From the sequence record SRR22947725_6733: a stretch of 64,000 nt of DNA. One strand, 5' to 3'. Below the pieces are notes generated by a model. That model worked only from the letters and a program-made list of their open reading frames with translations. It searched no databases and had not been told where the DNA came from. Positions 58,393 through 64,000 of this stretch are shown in pieces. Every line of letters starts with the position of its first letter. The stretch's first letter is position 1. The position numbers and the translations under genes were made by a program.

Positions 58393-59081
58393 TCTCATCC
58401 ATAACCGATATGAAGAGCAAGCCGAAATTAATAAATCCGTCCGAAGTGACCGAGTGGATTCAGCTCACCATCGAAGGCGATGAAGAATCTGCCAAACACT
58501 TGATGGATTTCCTGCATCCACAAGTGATGTCAATCGTTCGAGCCAGACTTCCTCGCCGAGGCTGTGTGGAGGATCTGTCACAAGACATTTTCATACGCAT
58601 CTTTCGCAAGCTTGAACAGTACTCCGGTAAAGTTCCATTGAAGCATTGGGTGAGTCGCATCGCTGTCAATATGTGCACCAACGCATACCACAAAGCAAAA
58701 GCGAATCAGGAATTGCGTCTTGCAGATCTGGGAGAGGAAGAGGCGATGGTTATTGAATCTCTATCAACAAGTGACGAGGAGTTAGAGCCCTCTCAAAGTT
58801 GGGCCGCACGTGAGCTAGTTGACAAGTTGCTTGAGACGCTCAATGTAAAAGACCGGCTTTTAGTAGATTTGGTATGCCTTCGTGGATACACTTACAATCA
58901 AGCACGTGAAAAAACGGGCTGGAACACTTCAGCCATGAAAGTTCGCATGTTTAGAATACGAAAGCGCCTCGAAAAAACGCTCACTCGATTAACTAACGAG
59001 ACGAGCGGTCCTGTGATTGAATTTCCTCGGGTGGCTGCGAATGTAGTGTCTGGACAAGCTATGGTGGGCTTGGGGGCATAA
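58389..59081 (+). CDS. ECF sigma-70 factor with C-terminal extension
   Basis: VEDLSQDIF, W.SRIA.N, region 4 GYTYNQA...SAMKVRMFR.RKRL; ATGA overlap with the kinase. Confidence 0.88.
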   Translation: MISSITDMKSKPKLINPSEVTEWIQLTIEGDEESAKHLMDFLHPQVMSIVRARLPRRGCVEDLSQDIFIRIFRKLEQYSGKVPLKHWVSRIAVNMCTNAYHKAKANQELRLADLGEEEAMVIESLSTSDEELEPSQSWAARELVDKLLETLNVKDRLLVDLVCLRGYTYNQAREKTGWNTSAMKVRMFRIRKRLEKTLTRLTNETSGPVIEFPRVAANVVSGQAMVGLGA

Positions 59082-59141
59082 ATCGATATCTTTGATGTCG
59101 GATTTCTGCTAGCTTTTTCCCAATTTCTTGCTCTGTGAGAT

Positions 59142-59810
59142 TCAACAGAGATTGTTAAACAAAGATCTCCCCCCCTCATCTACATCATCGTTGGGCAACC
59201 AGAACCTTTCTGTTCCTGACGCGTCATCAAACGTGATTTTATCCATCTTTTCTGTGTGTAAATCTGCCATTATTGCGTAACCGAGCGCGTTGTGTCTGAT
59301 GGCCATTGAGCGAGTCGAATCCATGGGCCCGAGTTGGCTACGTAATCAGTAGGGCTCAAATTACCTTCCATGTAAAACATGGTTTCTGAGTGAGTTTCAA
59401 AAGCCGATATTTTGGTGTTATGGCATATGTTACAATTATTCCATAACTATAATCTCGAGCATGTCTCGAGCGCCCACGAGAAGGTGCTGCTGCTCTACTT
59501 GTAGCTTTGGGAGACCGTTTCTACGCAAGTTCGATCTTATCGGTTGCAGAAATATACACGGATTTGGAATTCAGGTATGGATACAGACTGTCGGTTGTCA
59601 GACCTCCTGATCTCCTGTAAAGCCAGATTCTAAAGGTCGGGACATGCCCATCGTGATCATCAGAATAAATATTTGAAGCCAAGCCAATCTGTTCAACGTT
59701 GATCAAGCATGCGATGCTTTGTGCCGATTCCTTGGCTTTCGATAGAGCGGGTAACAGCATGCTCGCTAACAATCCCATAATGGCGGTGACTGTCACTTGA
59801 AAGGATCCTT
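59142..59810 (-). pseudogene. degraded prepilin-type / H-X9-DG gene
   Basis: [23 protein letters not shown] with TLIELL lost; TAG at 59521-59523; then RDYSYG, frameshift, TMFYME, frameshift, RHNALGYAIMADLH. Confidence 0.82.
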
Positions 59811-59893
59811 GCTCTGTTATCAATGGCCAACAAGGAGGTAATCCATCCTCGCTCAAGGGAGCTTTTGACAATAAATCGGGAACGAAGGGCAAC

Positions 59894-60400
59894 CTAGAGT
59901 ACAATGCCCTCAAGTTGGAGGAGTCGTTTCTTCCAGGAGATACCTCCTGAAAACCCTCCAAGCTTGTGATTCGCAGCCAAGACTCGGTGACAGGGAATAA
60001 TGAGTGGGATCGGGTTTGCTCCACATGCACTACCAATGGCTCGGACTGCTCTGGTATTTTCGATGGAATTGGCGATTTGGCTGTAGGATTGCGTCTCTCC
60101 CAAAGGGATTCTTCTTATCGCTCTCCACACGTTCTGCTGGAACACTGTTCCGTCCCTGATATCGAGACAGGGTACCGGAAGCGCACCCATAGATTCGCCT
60201 CCCAGATATGCTTGAAGCCACTGGAGAGTTATCTGTTCTTGCGATTGTCCTGCTGTTTCAGGATTTGATTCCGCTTGAGAAAGTTTCTCTTTTGGAAACT
60301 GCTCCGGAAACCACAAACGCATCAGTCCTAAAGCAGAGAAACAGGCCTTCCAGATTTCCCCCTTGATTCGTAAGTGCCTTACCTGGAGCTGTTGGTACAT
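59894..60400 (-). CDS. ogt: methylated-DNA-protein-cysteine methyltransferase
   Basis: GT.FQ..VW, IP.GET.SY, RAIG.AC..NP, IPCHRV active site. Confidence 0.95.
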   Translation of the reverse strand: MYQQLQVRHLRIKGEIWKACFSALGLMRLWFPEQFPKEKLSQAESNPETAGQSQEQITLQWLQAYLGGESMGALPVPCLDIRDGTVFQQNVWRAIRRIPLGETQSYSQIANSIENTRAVRAIGSACGANPIPLIIPCHRVLAANHKLGGFSGGISWKKRLLQLEGIVL

Positions 60401-60401
60401 T

Positions 60402-60956
60402 TCAGGGTCTCATTACCGCAAAAATACCACAAAGTATCACGAGAAACAGTGTGAACATTAACAGGAATCGGTTGCGTGCAATACGCTTTTCCCGGCGCAG
60501 GGGTTCAATACCCTGCACTCCTCCTGTCGCCATATACTGAACCCATTTGGTTGTATTGGCTTGTTCTGTATCTGTATTTTCCAAGGCAGGATTTTTCTCA
60601 GATTGGCGTTTGATCCATCCCATTGGATCCAGTTTCTTGACCCCCTGAGCGTTGTAATGAGCTTTTGGATCTCTTGCGCTATCTTTGAGGCCTAGTGATA
60701 CATGCTCAATGGTTTCGAACATGGATCGCAACCTTGTATCCCCGGAGCCCTTTTGCTCGTATTTTCTTCGCGAAGATGTGGTGCGTTGATATTTCGGTTC
60801 CTGAGTGAATTGTTTTTCCAACTTGCGGATCTCTGCCTTGAGCTCGCGCGCACGATTGTTCAATACCTTGGCCCTGGATGAAAAGGGATCTTTCCCCGCT
60901 TGAAGCAGTTTTGAAAAAATGGAGTTTTTGCCTGTCAGCTGCATATGTTTTATCAA
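60402..60956 (-). CDS. hypothetical protein, coiled coil plus C-terminal TM
   Basis: Coiled-coil N-half; LRREKRIARNRF followed by a hydrophobic tail. Start uncertain. Confidence 0.7.
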   Translation of the reverse strand: MIKHMQLTGKNSIFSKLLQAGKDPFSSRAKVLNNRARELKAEIRKLEKQFTQEPKYQRTTSSRRKYEQKGSGDTRLRSMFETIEHVSLGLKDSARDPKAHYNAQGVKKLDPMGWIKRQSEKNPALENTDTEQANTTKWVQYMATGGVQGIEPLRREKRIARNRFLLMFTLFLVILCGIFAVMRP

Positions 60957-60983
60957 AAGGAATCAAATGGCTTGAGCGAATCA

Positions 60984-61733
60984 TTAGGACCCGCCTTGTA
61001 GCCAAATGGAAACCAGGATGAGTATTCCCACTGACAGAACAGCCGCAATCGGCCAGGTCAGCGCCAGCCCGAATTGTGCCCATTGTTTCCACGAAAATTC
61101 CTTAAAATCGATCATGTCAGCAAATGGGGGAAACTTGCGCTTGCTTGCGACATTTTCTGGTTTTTTAATGACCTCGGCTTTCTCTGGTTGTACTTGTATT
61201 TCAGATTTAGGGTCTAAAACTGGGAATTTGGGAATATTGCTGATCCACTCTTTTCGTGCATTTTCGACCGTGATCAACGCCCGTGTTAATTCACGGTTCA
61301 AGTTCTCCTGATCCCAGTGGTCTTCCGAAAGCATTTCTACTTTTTCGAGATGATCTCGAAATTCTTCCAGTGCCCCGCCCATTCTCTCAAGTTGACGTTG
61401 AGTATTGGATGCATCTTCTTCAAGGATCGTGATTCCCTTGGTGAGGTTATGGATCATTTCTTCACGGCCCATGCTGAATTCAGAACGTCGCCTTCTCAAA
61501 TCCTCGAGAGCAATACGCTCCTTCTCGAGGCGATCTTGTTCTTCCTTCAGTGCAGCCAATCGCTGTTGGGTGGTTCCTACCTTGGCTTCAAGCTGCTCTC
61601 GCGCGGGCACTCTATTCACTTCGATCGATTGAGAGGTTTCTGCAGTTGGCGTGTCAGTGGACGACGACAAAGGGATTTGCTGCGATTTTTCGAATTCTCT
61701 GTCTATAAAATCGTTGTCGTCGTGCGGAGTCAT
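60984..61733 (-). CDS. hypothetical coiled-coil protein with C-terminal TM
   Basis: Long E/R/L heptad region; GLALTWPIAAVLSVGILILV tail. Confidence 0.78.
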   Translation of the reverse strand: MTPHDDNDFIDREFEKSQQIPLSSSTDTPTAETSQSIEVNRVPAREQLEAKVGTTQQRLAALKEEQDRLEKERIALEDLRRRRSEFSMGREEMIHNLTKGITILEEDASNTQRQLERMGGALEEFRDHLEKVEMLSEDHWDQENLNRELTRALITVENARKEWISNIPKFPVLDPKSEIQVQPEKAEVIKKPENVASKRKFPPFADMIDFKEFSWKQWAQFGLALTWPIAAVLSVGILILVSIWLQGGS

Positions 61734-61739
61734 TCAAAC

Positions 61740-61768
61740 AATCTAATGACAACCAGCTCATCTGTAAA
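61740..61768 (-). promoter_or_regulatory. sigma70-like promoter
   Basis: TTTACA-17-TAGATT, 6 nt before ATG 61733. Confidence 0.55.
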
Positions 61769-61855
61769 GCGGACGAGAGCATTTTTCCTTTTTTGAATCA
61801 TAATATTTTTTTAAAAAAAGGTGCTTCAGGCTGTCTTGATCTCATCTGAGACTAC

Positions 61856-63607
61856 TTAAATTTCTAGATGCCTGAGTCGCCTTACCCCTATATGATAGGG
61901 GAGATAACCCAACACCAGTGACAGGACCGCGAAGCATGTCCACCCTGACGCTATAATCCAGATTTGTTGATGATCACGCCAGGGAGACGCCAGAGCGAGC
62001 AGTGAGATCCCTCCAACAATATAAAGGAAGCTCAATACAAGACAGAAAGTTCCCCCAAACCCACTGACAATCTTACTTGGATTGTCTTCTTTGAAGTTTG
62101 GGTAAATGACGCCCAGCCCCATCGCCAGTCCGTTGAGCGTCAGCGTCATGAAGGCAATGACCAATGTGAAGTAAGCGATCTGAGGCGCTGGCATTTTCAA
62201 CATGCGGCAGGAGGTGAAAATCAGCGTACCTGTGATGGCCATCGAAACCAGGCACGCCAGTGTGTATTTTATACTAATGACCTTGTTCAAACCCAGAGGA
62301 GCCATCCCTACAATCCAAAGTCGTTTTCCTTCCAGTGAAAACTGGGGAAATACAAAACGAGTCGTCAGCGTTGCGAGATTCAGTGAACAAGCTCCTAGGT
62401 TCATGTAGGAGATCAGGTGGATCCAGAATGGGTTGTTCAGTTGGGATGAAAAGTTCTTAAGATTAATGATATAAGCTGCGAGCAGGCCGAACAGCAGGAG
62501 GCTTTGCCCCCATTGAGTTGTATCCCTCCAAAAGACCCTCACATCTTTTACCAAAACGGCCCTACTGTCGCTTGGAATCCAGAAAAGGATCGAACAAAAA
62601 CGTTCGAGTAAACCCGGACCCCACTGATTCAAACGTTTGGCTTTCTTCTCTTGCCAGCGTTGCCACCATTTCCATGAACTCGTCAATGACCCCCTGCTTT
62701 GAACGGCCGATGCAGCTTCATAGAATGGCATACCCGCCATGGTTGAGGTGATTCGTCCCCAGAATAAACCGTAGCTGAGAAGCACCAGCATGAAGAAGAA
62801 GGTGGCGTTATATGCTCCTTCACTCCAGGAGATCACACCTGAAGCCAGCCAATAACTAGGCAAAAACGCGAATTGACTGAATTGAGTATTCTTCAAAAGT
62901 CGGTCCAATACCAGCATCACACGCGTTTCGAGCATGTCGTCGGTCACTACGTCAGGTTTAAGCCAGAAGGCCAGTGTAAGCAGGATCAGGATTGCCAGTC
63001 CGAGGGTCGTATACTGGAAAAAACGCCGATCCATGAAGCGCGCCAGCCCGATAGCGGACCAGGCACCAGCAATGGCTGGAAGAATGACAAAAAGCAGGAT
63101 CATCACCACGGTTAAGGGGTAAAAAGTCCAATCCACGCGTTCTACGATGCCAAATGCCGCCAATAGGGGGGCGATCAGAAATAAAAATGCCCATGATGCC
63201 ACCAAAGTGGATTCTAGAAACTTCCATTGAAAAATACTATTGGGCGAAATCGGCAGACTATGCAAAAAACTCGTTTCCTTGTTACGAAACAGGTTCGAGT
63301 AACTGATCACCATGTTACTGATCAGCAAGAGGGCAAACAGGAAGGCGAATAAAATAAAAATCATCCTTTCAACAAGCAGGTCTCCCAACCCGGGAAAAGA
63401 GCCAACGAATCTCATGGCCCTGTAAAAAAGTGCGAACGAAAGCCAGCAATATCCAGCTATGAAAGTGAGAACAGTAACCGACAGGAGTTTGGATTGCTTC
63501 AGTACCGAGGCAAATCTTCGCCAATTTTGCTTGAGATGCACACCAGCTAGTAGTGCAAAAGCTGATTTTTCAGGGCAAGCGGGATCTGTGGATTCACTGG
63601 ACGGCAT
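61856..63607 (-). CDS. putative ABC exporter permease
   Basis: Many TMs; KD.R.FWRD..QW.Q, RFVFPQFSLEG; follows the ABC ATPase. Confidence 0.85.
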   Translation of the reverse strand: MPSSESTDPACPEKSAFALLAGVHLKQNWRRFASVLKQSKLLSVTVLTFIAGYCWLSFALFYRAMRFVGSFPGLGDLLVERMIFILFAFLFALLLISNMVISYSNLFRNKETSFLHSLPISPNSIFQWKFLESTLVASWAFLFLIAPLLAAFGIVERVDWTFYPLTVVMILLFVILPAIAGAWSAIGLARFMDRRFFQYTTLGLAILILLTLAFWLKPDVVTDDMLETRVMLVLDRLLKNTQFSQFAFLPSYWLASGVISWSEGAYNATFFFMLVLLSYGLFWGRITSTMAGMPFYEAASAVQSRGSLTSSWKWWQRWQEKKAKRLNQWGPGLLERFCSILFWIPSDSRAVLVKDVRVFWRDTTQWGQSLLLFGLLAAYIINLKNFSSQLNNPFWIHLISYMNLGACSLNLATLTTRFVFPQFSLEGKRLWIVGMAPLGLNKVISIKYTLACLVSMAITGTLIFTSCRMLKMPAPQIAYFTLVIAFMTLTLNGLAMGLGVIYPNFKEDNPSKIVSGFGGTFCLVLSFLYIVGGISLLALASPWRDHQQIWIIASGWTCFAVLSLVLGYLPYHIGVRRLRHLEI

Positions 63608-63628
63608 ACAGATTATTTTAATCCCGGG

Positions 63629-64000
63629 TTATGATTGGTTGGTTGTTTCATCCGGTTCAGCTGTCAGTTGAAGAAAGCTTCTTTCCAGCGCTCCATCTTG
63701 ACCGCTTTGCTTCTTAAGCTCATCGATCGTACCTATTGCAACTACTTTTCCTTGATGAATGATGCCTATTCGGTCAGCCATCTCCTCTGCAACGGAAAGT
63801 TGGTGTGTAGAAAGAAAAACTGTCATTCCCTCTCTGGAGCGTTCTTTCAGAATATCTTTGACGATCCGTGCGTGTTGGGGGTCAAGACCTACCATGGGTT
63901 CATCTATCACAAACACCTCAGGGTCATGTAAAAGAGCTGACGCTATCGCGACTCTTTGCCGCGTACCGTGCGAGAGGCCTTCGATTGATTTATTGAGAAA
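63629..64000 (-). CDS. ABC transporter ATP-binding protein (5' end outside window)
   Basis: LSHGTRQR, IDEPMVGLDP, STH. Confidence 0.9.
   Translation of the reverse strand, partial: FLNKSIEGLSHGTRQRVAIASALLHDPEVFVIDEPMVGLDPQHARIVKDILKERSREGMTVFLSTHQLSVAEEMADRIGIIHQGKVVAIGTIDELKKQSGQDGALERSFLQLTAEPDETTNQS

Noticed and set aside
59521..60036. 171-aa ORF overlapping ogt
   Set aside because: Its 5' part is an alternate frame of ogt; only the 3' part belongs to the prepilin pseudogene.
61806..61819. T7A7 palindrome
   Set aside because: Low-complexity AT sequence with no GC stem.
373..63931. Many 60-190 aa antisense or alternate-frame ORFs in the track
   Set aside because: They lie inside well-supported genes and carry no recognisable motifs.
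1..64000. tRNA, rRNA, IS, integrase or prophage
   Set aside because: None recognised by eye; tRNAscan-SE, Infernal and ISEScan would be needed to exclude them formally.

Overview
Mostly ordinary chromosomal DNA. The gene families (prepilin/H-X9-DG, PSD1/DUF1549-1553, PVC-type CxxCH dehydrogenase, TIGR02999-like ECF with a Ser/Thr kinase) suggest a PVC-superphylum bacterium, most likely Verrucomicrobiota; this is inferred, not shown. Housekeeping genes: fabG-acpP-fabF, rimO, glycerate kinase, glpF-glpK, pdxJ, guaA, uvrA, ogt. I saw no rRNA, tRNA, CRISPR array, transposase or integrase. The most notable items are: (1) a signalling cassette at 52-59 kb, in which an ECF sigma lacking the DAED motif is separated from its Ser/Thr kinase-TM-WD40 partner by an oppositely oriented secreted acidic protein built from two similar copies of an unassigned ~245-270 aa domain, and a second ECF overlaps the kinase stop; (2) a compact partner-switching module (STAS, a fused HATPase-GAF-PP2C protein, an orphan receiver); (3) a nuclease-fused Fe-S DinG/XPD helicase next to a TerB-like/SWIM protein; (4) four clear or probable decayed accessory genes that the ORF track only shows as fragments (YHYH, DUF1501, TPR paralogue, prepilin), plus one weaker remnant; (5) repeated sigma70-like -10 boxes 6-8 nt upstream of start codons, suggesting leaderless mRNAs. 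All family calls come from motif recognition by eye; no searches were run.
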